Part shown: positions 52,410-63,425 of the stretch, piece after piece
Layout of the letters: every line of letters starts with the position of its first letter
Numbering within the stretch: the stretch's first letter is position 1
Origin: Paramoeba atlantica
Taxonomy: Eukaryota > Protista > Discosea
NCBI GenBank assembly: GCA_977017575.1
Contig: CDRNVI010000007.1
Location: 248,001-312,000 of the forward strand
Direction: 5' to 3'
Length of the DNA: 64,000 nucleotides
Translations under genes and position numbers: made by a program
Notes under the pieces: generated by a model
The model's database searches: none
Seen by the model: only the letters and a program-made list of their open reading frames with translations
What the model was told of the DNA's origin: nothing

Positions 52410-53237
52410 ATGTTCTCACCGATCGGCGTCACTGTAGCTTATGTGCTATTTCTCAACGGGGTGAGATTTCGGGGTGCATGCGTTATGCGACCACCCCCTT
52501 TTGCTGATGGGCCTGTGCCTGGTGCGCACTACGCCCCGAACGCAAGCACGCTCACAGCTACGTGGAATATCACACAGGCATGTGACACGTTTCAGCAAGG
52601 CCAGCAAGTATGCTGCAGTGAAGGCCAGTATCACGCTATGGCTACAAATTTTATTGTTTTACAAGCCACTCTGGCAGGCTGTGACGCTTGTTCCATTGCT
52701 ATGAAGCGTATGTGGTGCAGCTTTACATGTTCCCCAAACCAGTCCGATTTTGTATCAATCCGTTCATACGTGCCCGACAGTGGTCCTGATCCTCGTGTCC
52801 AATCGGTATACTTGAACATAACAAGTAGCTTTGCCGAAAGATTCTGGATGTCGTGTCAAAATGCCGGCTTTCGTGGGACGGAAAGTTTTAAAAACATGTT
52901 TTTGAATGGCGTTTCGGGCCTCTTGACGCTTATGGCAAGCAAAACACCTTCAACAGAGCCTCCCACAAGTCATCTTGTGCACTCCATACCGATCGATTAT
53001 CATCCACACTCTAAAGCATTGAATGTAACACTTGCAGAAGATCAGTACAGCTGTAGTAAGTCAGTACCACCTCCGCAATATCCTATGCCACGAGCGATGG
53101 TTGGCTTAGTCTCGCTAGAAGCGTTTACTCTTATCATGTATTTTATTATTCTTGCTCTGTCTCTCTTGTTGGGTGTGCGTAACATGTACGCAGGCTCTTT
53201 AAAGGGACGATTGAGCCATTGGCTTTCTGAAATGTAA
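52410..53237 (+). CDS. Single-pass membrane protein consisting of a Niemann-Pick C1 N-terminal (sterol-binding)-like domain
   Basis: Signal-like N-terminus; Cys pattern VCCSEGQY...GCDACSIAMKRMWCSFTCSPNQSDFV...FWMSCQN typical of NPC1_N; one C-terminal TM. Confidence 0.8.
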   Translation: MFSPIGVTVAYVLFLNGVRFRGACVMRPPPFADGPVPGAHYAPNASTLTATWNITQACDTFQQGQQVCCSEGQYHAMATNFIVLQATLAGCDACSIAMKRMWCSFTCSPNQSDFVSIRSYVPDSGPDPRVQSVYLNITSSFAERFWMSCQNAGFRGTESFKNMFLNGVSGLLTLMASKTPSTEPPTSHLVHSIPIDYHPHSKALNVTLAEDQYSCSKSVPPPQYPMPRAMVGLVSLEAFTLIMYFIILALSLLLGVRNMYAGSLKGRLSHWLSEM

Positions 53238-53674
53238 GGAGCGCGAAAGGCAAGAAACATTTCAAAGCGGTGTGCTAGGCTACATACGCACCCTTTTTGT
53301 CATCATGCGTGCCGCAAAAAGCTTTGTAGTTAACTTAGAGTTGGTCACTAGTAGACGTACGGGAGTGCGCTACCCAAGTAAATTAATTTTTTCCGTACTT
53401 CACTGTACAAGTCTCATCTTTTGGATAAGGCGATGATTTCCGTCGAGGTGTTTATATCACGTTCGATTTACTCCACTCACTGCATTTGTTGGCGTTCGTA
53501 GTAGAAGTCATATGGGCTCAATGCCGTGTTAGATACAAAAGCATTGTACGTTTGTTAAAAGAAAATTAAACTGAAATGTGGAAAGGAATTATATGCTCTT
53601 TTGTTCGAAATGTGGAACTCTTTGGATACTACTTTCTATTCCATAATATTTCTAGAAGAAAAATCTGTGAAGTT

Positions 53675-55693
53675 ATGAAGGCTCTCAGGCGAAAAACATA
53701 CCTGAAACCAGAATTTTGCGGCATCTTCCAAAGGCGTCTAGCAACATCGCAAAGCCATCATAGTGTCGCTATTAATCCTATACATTCAAATACAGACCGA
53801 CTGAAACAGTTTCAGCACATTTGGAAGTTATTTCCTGACGCTGCCTTGGATTCATGCGAGTCAACTTTGAGAGCTCCGCCAACTTGGCTTACGGAACTGT
53901 GCACTGACTTAAGTCTGCGTATTAACGAGGAAAATGACGAGTATCGTGCATCTCTCCTTGAAGAGGAATCCGAGTTTTCAGTACTTAGGCAAGCCTTAAA
54001 AGAACGGGGTAGAAATTTTACTGCCTTACAAAATCCTATGAAGATATGTCCAACGGCGTCACACCAGACTAATTCTACTAATTCTGATGATCTACAATCA
54101 CGAGATCGCAGCGAAACGTCATTGAAAAATACGACCTCGAGTACCAATGCTTCTTTTCAAGATAATCCTAGCGAAATATCGTTAATGAACTCTCAAGATT
54201 CATACATTCTTGCCGACCCTTACTCGTATGTTCGCGTTGTCATCTATCCTGAAGACAACTATTCCATAGGCCCCTATGAGTTTCCTCGCCCTGGAGCGTA
54301 CCCTGATCCTGAGGTACGCCAAGCCTTATCTCTGAACGATGAAAATCATGTCTATGTATGCATCGGGGAGGCATACTGCTTCCCTCACCGTTCCCAACTA
54401 CCGACATCGCGGGGAACAGAGCCATCAAAGCTGTATGTCGATCCGACATCGCGTACTCCTACTTTGTTTCTCCAGCTTTCTCCCTATTTTCCTCCTGCAA
54501 CTTGGATACCCATGCGACCCTCTGCCGCAGTGGTTCGTCGCGTGCTTTCAGAATTCGCTCAGTTCGCTGTGTACCATCGCGATTTGCATCACACCGACTA
54601 CGTGAGGAAATGGGAACTGGCCAAAACGGTCCTTTCGAAGCAAAATATGCCTTCAGATGATGGAAGCGTTATGCGATATCTAGGATGGTCGGCTCGACTT
54701 CTTCTAATGCATCAGGCCCCACTCCGAGAATACCCAAACACGCAAGACTTTTTTATCGGTGAATATGAAAGACCTGAGGAAATTCTTGAGTACATAGAAA
54801 ATTGTCCGTTCCTGTTTGCTATTCCGGAAATGCGAACAAGCTCAATGGCATTATACAGCCGCGCAGACGGCCCCGGTATCGCAATGTCCGCTTTCCGATG
54901 CATATATTCAAAATCAGTACTTTGGGTTAAAGTGCATCACAGCACGGAAGTGAAACTACCTCCCGCTGAGCCAATGCAATTCAAATACTTATGGCAGGAA
55001 AAGCGAGATCTTCCCGAAACCCTTACACCAGTATTCATTCGCATTGTCTGGCCGGATAACACTCGCATGTGCGGGGGTGGAGGTCTGATTCCACGCTTCA
55101 ACCAATTATTTGAAACCGAATTTGCTCGCGATATTCCCATCGATGCGGTTCTTGCGTTGCACTATATCGCCTCGTGGGCCAAGCGATCAAAGGATCTCGT
55201 GGGTGTTCTGGGGATGCGCAAACGGGTGGAGGCACTAGAGGCAGCTGTTCTAGAGCAACCTCAGCCCATCCTACCCGATTTCGGGGCGTATCCATCTACT
55301 CGAGAAATCCCTTCTCCGATGTATACGAACAAGGAACGACTTGCCATGCATATCCAATATCTGGCTCACTTAGGCGATCCTAATATTGAGAAAGTTATTC
55401 GGCGATGGATGAGGCATGACAGTGGGTCTATTCGCTTCGGCTGTGCGAAGGCCTCACTGGAACGAAATCATCGTGAATTATTCAAAGAAATTGTCCGGAA
55501 CGAGTTACCGGGGGAATATCAGCGCATGATGTTGCGCTGTATTCGCCTCAGAAAGAAACGCGATTATACCGACGCTGTCCAGAAGCTCAAGGAAGAAGAC
55601 TTTGACCTACCTCCTCATGAAATCAATCATGCTGTTAAAAAGAAGGAAGGAAATCAACTTGAGCAAAATTTGCGGATGGAAGATTACCCTTGA
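53675..55693 (+). CDS. Kinetoplastid-specific mitoribosomal small-subunit protein (probably mS52)
   Basis: Blocks IGEAYCFPHR, VRRVLSEFAQF, CPFLFAIPEMRT, DGPGIAMSAFRCIYSK, GGGGLIPRFNQLFETEF and ERLAMHIQYLAHL match my recollection of a T. brucei mitoribosomal protein. Basic presequence MKALRRK. The exact mS number is from memory. Confidence 0.7.
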   Translation: MKALRRKTYLKPEFCGIFQRRLATSQSHHSVAINPIHSNTDRLKQFQHIWKLFPDAALDSCESTLRAPPTWLTELCTDLSLRINEENDEYRASLLEEESEFSVLRQALKERGRNFTALQNPMKICPTASHQTNSTNSDDLQSRDRSETSLKNTTSSTNASFQDNPSEISLMNSQDSYILADPYSYVRVVIYPEDNYSIGPYEFPRPGAYPDPEVRQALSLNDENHVYVCIGEAYCFPHRSQLPTSRGTEPSKLYVDPTSRTPTLFLQLSPYFPPATWIPMRPSAAVVRRVLSEFAQFAVYHRDLHHTDYVRKWELAKTVLSKQNMPSDDGSVMRYLGWSARLLLMHQAPLREYPNTQDFFIGEYERPEEILEYIENCPFLFAIPEMRTSSMALYSRADGPGIAMSAFRCIYSKSVLWVKVHHSTEVKLPPAEPMQFKYLWQEKRDLPETLTPVFIRIVWPDNTRMCGGGGLIPRFNQLFETEFARDIPIDAVLALHYIASWAKRSKDLVGVLGMRKRVEALEAAVLEQPQPILPDFGAYPSTREIPSPMYTNKERLAMHIQYLAHLGDPNIEKVIRRWMRHDSGSIRFGCAKASLERNHRELFKEIVRNELPGEYQRMMLRCIRLRKKRDYTDAVQKLKEEDFDLPPHEINHAVKKKEGNQLEQNLRMEDYP

Positions 55694-55852
55694 TCATAGA
55701 GACGCACATGTAAATCTGGTGTTGGATGTAGGCATACTTTAGAAAATATTTTTCCACTGTTCTACAGAAAATTTATTTTGTGCGAAGTGCAGCAATCGAA
55801 CTTTATACGAAAGAGAAACTCAACCTTTTTTTATAACTATCTTATCCTGGAA

Positions 55853-58800
55853 ATGAGCTCCAAATCTATTGCAGTGACATCATGCATTCCTTCGCTGGCG
55901 GAATCATTGGCGTTATTCTCTGAAGATGTATCCGGATCTGATATCATAGCCGCACGAATATGGGCATTAGCACCGGATAGCGGCGACTACTTAGAGGTCG
56001 ACAAAATCGCGTCGTCTACAGTCAAGAAATTGTGCTCCACGCTTGAAGAGAGTCGATTGCCAACGAACTCTTTGGTCAAGACAGTATCCTGGAACACAAT
56101 GACGTCACTTACTAGCTTACTGCTAGCAATTGTTTCACGCTTCAATGTGGACTGTCAAGATTTCTTCCTCATGATGAAAACAGGTATCCGTCTAATCATG
56201 CTTTTTGCTGGTCAAGTAGAGGCACGCGAATTCCAGGTGATCCTTATGCTCTGCGTAGCTAAGTTTATGCGACGCGCTTCTGAAGCCTTCCAAAAAGTGG
56301 AAGGAGCGATTCTCCTCATTGATTTTTCGCCGAATTCTCTACATCGTACGACATTTTTTCAAATTCTATCCGAAGGCTTTAAGGATCTTTCTGGATTATG
56401 TCTCCCTTCGGACGCACTCAAGGCTGTTCATGGGTACCTCTCGATTTTGATCATGGAAGCTTCATGTCTTACACGTGCGCAATCTCCCGAGGACGATAAC
56501 CATTTGGATATGATGCTATCGGCTGTCAACCCATATGCTCCTCGCTGCACTGAACTTCCTGATATAGTCCAGTGCAGTGCATTCGAGCATCTTATGTACA
56601 TGATTCAGTCTAGCCTAGGCAGTAAGTTATCACGCGAGCTTTTATCAGAGTACGTACATTCTCTGTTGTGTGACTTCGTTGTAAACATGAGCCCCGTACT
56701 ACAACGGTGCTGTCAGATTGACCGAAAACTGGAGACCGAACTTGAATCCTCCGACTTGAATGTCGCATATAATGGAGTCAAGAACAACGTTCAAATAGAT
56801 TATTCTCCCAAGAGACTTGATGTGCAAGATACAACTGTACACACAGATGTTCTTACGAAATCGCACAGTGGATATCACTTTCGGTTAGTGCCATGCCTTC
56901 TCGAGTTGTGCGCAGTTGTATTAAAAGACATTAAGGCCTCAAGCACTTATCCAGCTAATGGTCTTTGTCTAAAGAGCAACCAGTCGCATCTTAACTTCTT
57001 CGTTAGGAAATTCGGTCCCCTCTTCTTCCAAGAATGTGTACAGACTTCGCATTCACTTCTTCAAAACCTCTATTTACTCCGTACAGTTTCCCTGTACTTG
57101 CGCGTCATACGATTTATGATCAGAGATCAAGAAAGTGCTCAAGACGTCGTATCTTACCTTGCTGAGCAGGATTTGTTTCCTGATATGCAATTAACGAATC
57201 TACTATCTACGACAACAAACATCGTGCAAAGCCAGTTTTCAAACAGCAAAAAGGATTCTAGAAGCTCGCGAAAGGGCAGCGCACGGGGAAACGCTTCCGT
57301 TGGTAACCCTGATATGCTCGTTCAAGACGATTTTATTTCAGAAGTCCTAAGTCTGTACGAGGCCTTGTATTTTTTCTTAGACGAAGAAAGTGATGAGTAT
57401 AAGGCGTTCCATTCTTCTGATATTTTAGGAGTTGCTTTTGAAATAGTATGCAGTCCGGCAAATCCTCAAATTATATCCCATGCATTCCTGCTAATTGGTT
57501 CTGCAGCCACTCGTGAGTCATTACTGGAATTCGTACTAAGCACTATTACCCGCGTTGGTACCTTGGCACCAATGAACGGCACGAAGTTGCTGCATCCAAA
57601 CCACAGGGCAGGGGAATATTTTCACGAGATTGACATGCGTTCTATTCTCAAATTTGAGCACGGGACTTCGTTCTACCCTAAAACTCTTGGATACATTGTG
57701 GTATTGCACTCCATTTTATCAAGTGCGGGTGTTCGGAGCTCTGAAACTGTGGAGGCCACGGATGCTCCTACACGACACAGCTTTCTTGGTTCAAGACCTC
57801 GAAACAAGATAATAATCGAGGAACGTCAACTTAAGCCATTTTTAGATTTTACGGTAGAAACCCTTCTTCTTGTAGGGTACGCAAAAAACGCAGATGAGTC
57901 ACAGCGTTGGTGCATTGTTGCTACAGGTCTTCAGATTCTGTTGACAAGCACAGTTTTGTCTTTGTTAAAACTAAATCAAATAGTTGCGGTAGTCGCGCTT
58001 GTAGAGAATATAATGGAATCCTTGGGAGAGAACTTGTCATCTGCGGATTACCTTCCACAATCGTTTTCTACTGCTGTATCGTCGATGGTGCATTGGCTTT
58101 TTGTCATCTCATTCCATGCACCTTTATCCGGATCTCAAATGGAAGAAGTTTCTCGACGAGTTTGTCGAAATTCTCAATTAATATATTCCGTTATACGAAA
58201 TCTGCGCTTTGAGGACACTTCTGTTCGTTGTATGTCACTGATTTTTCTTTGCGAAATTTGGGTCCACTATGGTATGGTAGGATCACTAGCCCGAGATTTG
58301 TGCGCTCAAGGAAAGGACGCCGTTGCATGCGAAGATTTCTCTTTTGTCTTTTCGTGCATGAGCAGTTCTTCGTTGGTCTTTGAGCCAGGGAAGGTCTTCC
58401 TGTGGAATCCTCGGTTGTGGCTGAATACGCTTGATTGGATGTGTGGATCACAGTCCAACGCACGGTTTGGTAAACTTGGGGGAAAAATGTTTTCGATTGA
58501 TCAACTTGAAGAGTGCATGTTGTGGGGTATGAAAAGTCTTTTGCTCCAGCATATAATTCAGTTGATACATCTTCCCCTTCCGTCAATGAGTTCTATAATT
58601 CTGGGATTAGCTGCGAGTTCCACAAAGTCTACAGTTTCAAGAGGAAGTCTCTTACTTTTGATAGAAGACGCACAATCAGTTCAAATCGCTTTAGATCAGC
58701 CTCTCTATCATAGCTTGTGTCTTGAATGTCTAGCAACGCTGTTGTCCTATACGCATATCGTATCAGATTTTCTCTTGCAGCAAACTAGAGACCCGTTTAT

Positions 58801-60961
58801 TCGCATAGCAGGAATGGTAATGGAGCATTTCAGCAGTCTGCGGTGGAATCAAGTAGGATGGGCGATGCATTGCACAGCTACTTGTATACGCATGGGATAC
58901 TTATTGACGGAAAATCTTCCAGATCTTTCTAATTGGCTACCTCTCTCCATCGAAATGTTACCTGAGACTAAATCGTTGCCCAATTTTTCGGAATATCCAC
59001 GCAAAAATTTTCTTACTGGAACAGTTGAGCATGATTTAGATATTTATGGAGCCAGGGCTTTAGCTGGTGATGACTACGAATCCTACCTGCGAGAGCTATC
59101 TATTGAAAACAAAAACATGTTTCTTCAATACGAAATACTTGCATTTTGCCAAGGATGGGCAGATGTGACGCTTGCATACAGTTCGTCTGCAGTTGAGGAT
59201 ACTTTAATTTGCCACTTCTTTAAGAGCAGTATTGTGCAGGTCTTCATTGTTGTCGAAAAGGTTAGAGGCTACATAAAAGACAAACAGGCAATGGAGAAGA
59301 CCGTTCTAGACCTTCTAACTAGTGCGAATGTTATGCTCGACTTTCTGTTTTCGCACGATGCCCTGCACTCCGTGGACGATGATTTTCAGGTGGCCATTTG
59401 CAAGTCGCTGGTGGAAGCAGTAATTTCTTTTGCTGAGTTTACATCATACTTCCACGTACTGAGCATGTTTTCAACACTCCTAAGTACAGGATTGACTCAT
59501 AATCAATGCAAAATCTTGAAATACCAAGCTTCAATTATCGTGTCACACCTTGTCAAGGGCTGTCTATGCACTTTAAGCGGAGAGGATCTTCCTTTCCCCG
59601 AGCAGAGCATCATAATTATGACGCAGTTGATCTCCCACCCGACCCTTGCGGAATCGTACATAGAAGCATTGGACGGTACCATGCTAACTTCTCCCTTGAC
59701 TACACTGTTTACGCACGGTTGGGCCAAATTAAATGTAGAGCTCTACAATCTTTTAACCAGTGAAAGCGAGGCCAAGTGGCGCGATAGTGGATATACACGA
59801 ATAGCAGAGCGCTTCTCCGAACTGTTTTCCCTACAATTAATGTTCAGCGGAACGGACAGCAAATGTCCGAAATTGATATACCGCGTGCTAGACGCCATGC
59901 AGCAAATTCGTACATCTCATCTTATCAAAGGAATGGCTACCATCGAAACTGTACAGCTTCTTGGTTCTACTCCTCAACGTGTTGAAGGAACATGCGCACT
60001 ATTTTCTCCATTGTTGGAGCTTATGTGCACAATGTTAAGCGAGTTTCACGTGCAAGAGCAATGGTCGAATATCGTCACAACTGCAGAGACAATTTCTTCA
60101 ATCATGCCCCTGTTAAGCAGTGGCTGTGTTCGCTGTTCTTCCGACCTCCTTGAGTTTTTGGGACCTGGATCAAGGAATGCCGCAACAGTAGCTCTGTCCG
60201 TGCAACACTGTCATATAGGTTGTGATCTCAACAGCATTGTCATTCCGGAGGATGGCACACCATCCACTGCCATTGAGCTCTCCTTGACTAGAAGAGTAGG
60301 ATTTTTAGAACGTGTAACCCGTCTTATTTATCTACTATCGCTTACTGAGCCCTTGCAAGATGCAAGTGATTCAATACTTCCTGTTTTTGACATGCGGGCT
60401 ATTTTCGAGTCCCTTCTATCCGCACCACTCCTTTTTGAATGTGTTCCCTGGCACGTCAGCAACATTTTACGCAATTTGTGTGGAATATGCGCTCGGGCTA
60501 GCAATCTGTTTTCTGAGCCAGCCTCTCGCTATATTCCCCTAGGGGAACAGTTGATAGTGCCGCTGTTGAACTGCGTGCAGAAGATAGCCGATTGGGTGCC
60601 TGAACTGCAATTCGCTGTTCAAGAAAGAAAGTCTTTGAAGAATGATGATCCTCCACATTTTCGTGAGAACGATCTTGAATCTCCTCTCTTGATAGCTGTG
60701 TGTTGCTCTGAAATAGCTGTAAGTGTTATTTTACGTGAGATGCACGAAGTTTCGTCTCAAAGTGAACGTGCAAATGAAGCTACATCTTTGGCAGATTCGA
60801 ACAGAGGTAGTAGTGGCGGCTCTATTATGCAAAAACAACTCCGAGCACACTGCTCTACGTTACTCCATCATATCGAAAAGATTAGCGCAACTATTTCATA
60901 TTCCCCAGCATATGAAATTAGTCAACATACAGCGATCTTGAAATGTGCACTAAAATGCTGA
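55853..60961 (+). CDS. Large alpha-helical (solenoid-like) hypothetical protein, ~1700 aa
   Basis: Long Leu-rich helical ORF with no catalytic motifs. Size and composition are compatible with a Nup188/Nup205-class scaffold nucleoporin, but this is not demonstrable here. Confidence 0.7.
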   Translation: MSSKSIAVTSCIPSLAESLALFSEDVSGSDIIAARIWALAPDSGDYLEVDKIASSTVKKLCSTLEESRLPTNSLVKTVSWNTMTSLTSLLLAIVSRFNVDCQDFFLMMKTGIRLIMLFAGQVEAREFQVILMLCVAKFMRRASEAFQKVEGAILLIDFSPNSLHRTTFFQILSEGFKDLSGLCLPSDALKAVHGYLSILIMEASCLTRAQSPEDDNHLDMMLSAVNPYAPRCTELPDIVQCSAFEHLMYMIQSSLGSKLSRELLSEYVHSLLCDFVVNMSPVLQRCCQIDRKLETELESSDLNVAYNGVKNNVQIDYSPKRLDVQDTTVHTDVLTKSHSGYHFRLVPCLLELCAVVLKDIKASSTYPANGLCLKSNQSHLNFFVRKFGPLFFQECVQTSHSLLQNLYLLRTVSLYLRVIRFMIRDQESAQDVVSYLAEQDLFPDMQLTNLLSTTTNIVQSQFSNSKKDSRSSRKGSARGNASVGNPDMLVQDDFISEVLSLYEALYFFLDEESDEYKAFHSSDILGVAFEIVCSPANPQIISHAFLLIGSAATRESLLEFVLSTITRVGTLAPMNGTKLLHPNHRAGEYFHEIDMRSILKFEHGTSFYPKTLGYIVVLHSILSSAGVRSSETVEATDAPTRHSFLGSRPRNKIIIEERQLKPFLDFTVETLLLVGYAKNADESQRWCIVATGLQILLTSTVLSLLKLNQIVAVVALVENIMESLGENLSSADYLPQSFSTAVSSMVHWLFVISFHAPLSGSQMEEVSRRVCRNSQLIYSVIRNLRFEDTSVRCMSLIFLCEIWVHYGMVGSLARDLCAQGKDAVACEDFSFVFSCMSSSSLVFEPGKVFLWNPRLWLNTLDWMCGSQSNARFGKLGGKMFSIDQLEECMLWGMKSLLLQHIIQLIHLPLPSMSSIILGLAASSTKSTVSRGSLLLLIEDAQSVQIALDQPLYHSLCLECLATLLSYTHIVSDFLLQQTRDPFIRIAGMVMEHFSSLRWNQVGWAMHCTATCIRMGYLLTENLPDLSNWLPLSIEMLPETKSLPNFSEYPRKNFLTGTVEHDLDIYGARALAGDDYESYLRELSIENKNMFLQYEILAFCQGWADVTLAYSSSAVEDTLICHFFKSSIVQVFIVVEKVRGYIKDKQAMEKTVLDLLTSANVMLDFLFSHDALHSVDDDFQVAICKSLVEAVISFAEFTSYFHVLSMFSTLLSTGLTHNQCKILKYQASIIVSHLVKGCLCTLSGEDLPFPEQSIIIMTQLISHPTLAESYIEALDGTMLTSPLTTLFTHGWAKLNVELYNLLTSESEAKWRDSGYTRIAERFSELFSLQLMFSGTDSKCPKLIYRVLDAMQQIRTSHLIKGMATIETVQLLGSTPQRVEGTCALFSPLLELMCTMLSEFHVQEQWSNIVTTAETISSIMPLLSSGCVRCSSDLLEFLGPGSRNAATVALSVQHCHIGCDLNSIVIPEDGTPSTAIELSLTRRVGFLERVTRLIYLLSLTEPLQDASDSILPVFDMRAIFESLLSAPLLFECVPWHVSNILRNLCGICARASNLFSEPASRYIPLGEQLIVPLLNCVQKIADWVPELQFAVQERKSLKNDDPPHFRENDLESPLLIAVCCSEIAVSVILREMHEVSSQSERANEATSLADSNRGSSGGSIMQKQLRAHCSTLLHHIEKISATISYSPAYEISQHTAILKCALKC

Positions 60962-61352
60962 ATCGTAGTAAAGTTATAAAAAAAGCATTTTGGAATTTCT
61001 TTTCTGCCTTTTAGTTAGCTCCAAAACGGAATGGTGCTTTTGTTTTCAAGTTCAAAGCGAAAAACAAGTATGTGTATTTTAATCCCAATGAAATGCGCGC
61101 AAAATATGGTGCACATTATACTAAATATGGATTCATGTTGCAAAATATAATGGATGTCGATTCGATTTTGAACAGTAGTCAGACTTACATGCATGAAAGT
61201 GGTCAGAATGATAAATTGAATTATAAACATGAAAAGAATTATTACATGAAAAGAGTCACGAAAAAATGTAGCTGTTGTTTCATCTATCTTTTATGCTAAA
61301 AGAAATTTTTTTAAACTCTACTTGATATTTTGCTCGTGACAGAAGGCATAAA

Positions 61353-61808
61353 ATGAAATCCCTGACCCTGCTGAAGTGTCGTTACAAACCCCTTTCTCCT
61401 TTAGGAGCTTTCGAATTCTCATCAGTGTCTTCTGTGCACCTCTTAGCGAGACGGTCGATCGTACACTCGTACACGGCATCCGATCCTGATCCTTTTGAAC
61501 TCAGCAAAAATGAGATAGTTGTCCTTGACTTTAGTGCTCAGTGGTGCGGGCCTTGTAAGGCAGTGGTTCCGCAGTATAAAATTTTGAGCGAGCAATATCC
61601 TATGGCGAAGTTCTACTCTGCCGACGTCGACTCGAATTCCATTATTGCAAAGAAATTCTCCGTGCGAGCCGTTCCAACGTTTGTCGTTCTTCACAAAGAA
61701 AAGATTGTGGAACGTATTGAAGGGGCCGCAATTACTGCTGTAAAAGATGCTCTCGACAAGCTCACTCAAACTTCAACTGAGAAAGATGGAAATTCCCAAC
61801 CAAACTAA
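61353..61808 (+). CDS. TRX: Thioredoxin (WCGPC) with N-terminal presequence-like extension
   Basis: VVLDFSAQWCGPCKAVVP, FYSADVD, FSVRAVPTFVV; ~40-aa basic/Ser-rich N-terminal extension. Confidence 0.93.
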   Translation: MKSLTLLKCRYKPLSPLGAFEFSSVSSVHLLARRSIVHSYTASDPDPFELSKNEIVVLDFSAQWCGPCKAVVPQYKILSEQYPMAKFYSADVDSNSIIAKKFSVRAVPTFVVLHKEKIVERIEGAAITAVKDALDKLTQTSTEKDGNSQPN

Positions 61809-62339
61809 TCAGTCGATTTACACTAGGCATGGAATATTGCACAGCTTTTGTGTACTTTTTCATCATGAGACTATTTGATCACCTAAACAGTTTTGCTAAG
61901 TATTAGCTTACAATACATTATTTTGCTTCATATCACCACGCAAATATTTTTTCTCCTGCATTTTTCATTTAGAACTTTAGTAACTGTAGACGCGCCAACT
62001 TATGTGACATAAGTACCGTGATGTGGGCAAAATCCTATCAATCAGGTGTCAGCGTGCTACACATATGAATTTTTTTCTACACAGAACACCCCAGTCAGTA
62101 GTTTCCACATACATGCACATGGAATATTTTTTTTCTGACATGGACATGAAGGATCTTATTTTCCTATCCCCATATTAGTTTCTCACCACATTCGCTTATT
62201 GACTGTTAAGTCTGGTCAATAATGTTAATATCCTTTTTCTATTACTTTCCCCAGTGATGTGTTGTCAGGTACCACCTATTCATATTTCAGTGTCTTCACA
62301 AAATTAGAGCACTGTTTCTCCACAGCTACATTACGCCCA

Positions 62340-63425
62340 ATGGCGGATATCATTGTTCCTTCGGGATTTTCTTCACCAGATATTGGAATACTAAGAGCTC
62401 AATGGCTAACCGGATGTCGTGACAAACGAAGAGAGCTCGCAAGACTCTACCCGGACCCTTTTCTTGATCCCACTTTCTTGGATTCGTTGCGACGAGGTCT
62501 TGTCGAAAAAGGGGAGATGCCACGGTCCTACCTCGACAATCAGTACCACCCTTTAGGAGGTCCGTCACGGGCGGCTGCCTCTGCGTTGTTACGAGAGAAT
62601 TCTCGACGGAATAATTTCTCGACAAACGCAATCAAAACAGAAGATGCGATGGCTCCGTCGAGCGGGTGGTCACTCGCCTCTCTGGCCACGGAACCTTTTT
62701 ACAAGGCAACGACAGAATCCAGGTCATCCACCAAAAAACTTAATTCTAGCGTACATACTGGATGTACTACTCAGGCAAGATCGGACTCTGTTCGTAATTC
62801 GCTTACGACCACTGCCCTTCCTCAAGCACACTACCGTATGTCACTCGAAATCGTTAACACTCCCGCACAGTGCAACGATGTCGTGGAGCTATACAGCACG
62901 CATTTTCAAGATCCGGATCCAGCAACCTTTCGCAAAGTTGTTCGACCGAATTCCAACCGTTCTACTCGGACGCGAACCGTTTTCGCCGGTCCTTTTCACT
63001 GGATCTTGCGTCAAAAGGAGTCACAAGCGGTCATATGTGCGGCGAGCGGGCAAATTCACCGCTCCATGGCTTCCAATTTGCGTTTCATGGAGATTCAGTT
63101 TTTTTGTACCAGTCGTTCCTTCAAAGGGCAAGGTATGGCAAGGTTCTTTAATGCACTCTTACAAAATCACGCTCGTGAAGTAGGGTGCACTTTTGTACTC
63201 GTATGCGCCTCGCTAAATGCCGTTGAGTTTTGGCTTACACCCTCAATTAACTATAGGCGCATTGGGTCTGACCTAAAGGCCCGTGTGGAGCAATACTACA
63301 GGGAGAGCTGTCTCCAGTTCATTAACACAGAGCTTCTGGTATGGAAAGTAGTTCCTGAGACGTCTATACTTGTTGCGAAGGCTATGCAACGATTGCCTCC
63401 TGGGGTAAAGTTTGGGTTGCCTTGA
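62340..63425 (+). CDS. GNAT-family N-acetyltransferase
   Basis: FMEIQFFCTSRSFKGQGMARFFNALLQNHAREVGCTFVLVCASLNAVEFW contains motif A (xGxG) and the AxxFW motif. Confidence 0.8.
   Translation: MADIIVPSGFSSPDIGILRAQWLTGCRDKRRELARLYPDPFLDPTFLDSLRRGLVEKGEMPRSYLDNQYHPLGGPSRAAASALLRENSRRNNFSTNAIKTEDAMAPSSGWSLASLATEPFYKATTESRSSTKKLNSSVHTGCTTQARSDSVRNSLTTTALPQAHYRMSLEIVNTPAQCNDVVELYSTHFQDPDPATFRKVVRPNSNRSTRTRTVFAGPFHWILRQKESQAVICAASGQIHRSMASNLRFMEIQFFCTSRSFKGQGMARFFNALLQNHAREVGCTFVLVCASLNAVEFWLTPSINYRRIGSDLKARVEQYYRESCLQFINTELLVWKVVPETSILVAKAMQRLPPGVKFGLP

Larger units (their letters stand above)
2..63425 (+). other. Unidirectional, intronless gene cluster (kinetoplastid-type polycistronic transcription unit)
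   Basis: Every long or recognisable CDS is on the + strand with no introns. Intergenic stretches are T/pyrimidine-rich upstream of ATGs, as expected for trans-splicing. Euglenozoan-type OSCP and mitoribosomal proteins are present. Confidence 0.85.

Noticed and set aside
53240-53570. Possible snoRNA or other ncRNA in the spacer before the mitoribosomal gene
   Set aside because: Only a partial C-box-like ATGATT and weak hairpins; no D box or terminal stem. No tRNA, rRNA or spliced-leader gene was recognised anywhere in the window.
55853-60961. Naming the large helical protein NUP205/NUP188
   Set aside because: Only size and helical composition support it; no diagnostic motif could be verified by eye.
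60955-60980. Cys-TGA ending (LKC*) of the 1700-aa protein as a second selenoprotein
   Set aside because: No GCUG/CxxU context and no SECIS-like stem seen in the 3' flank.
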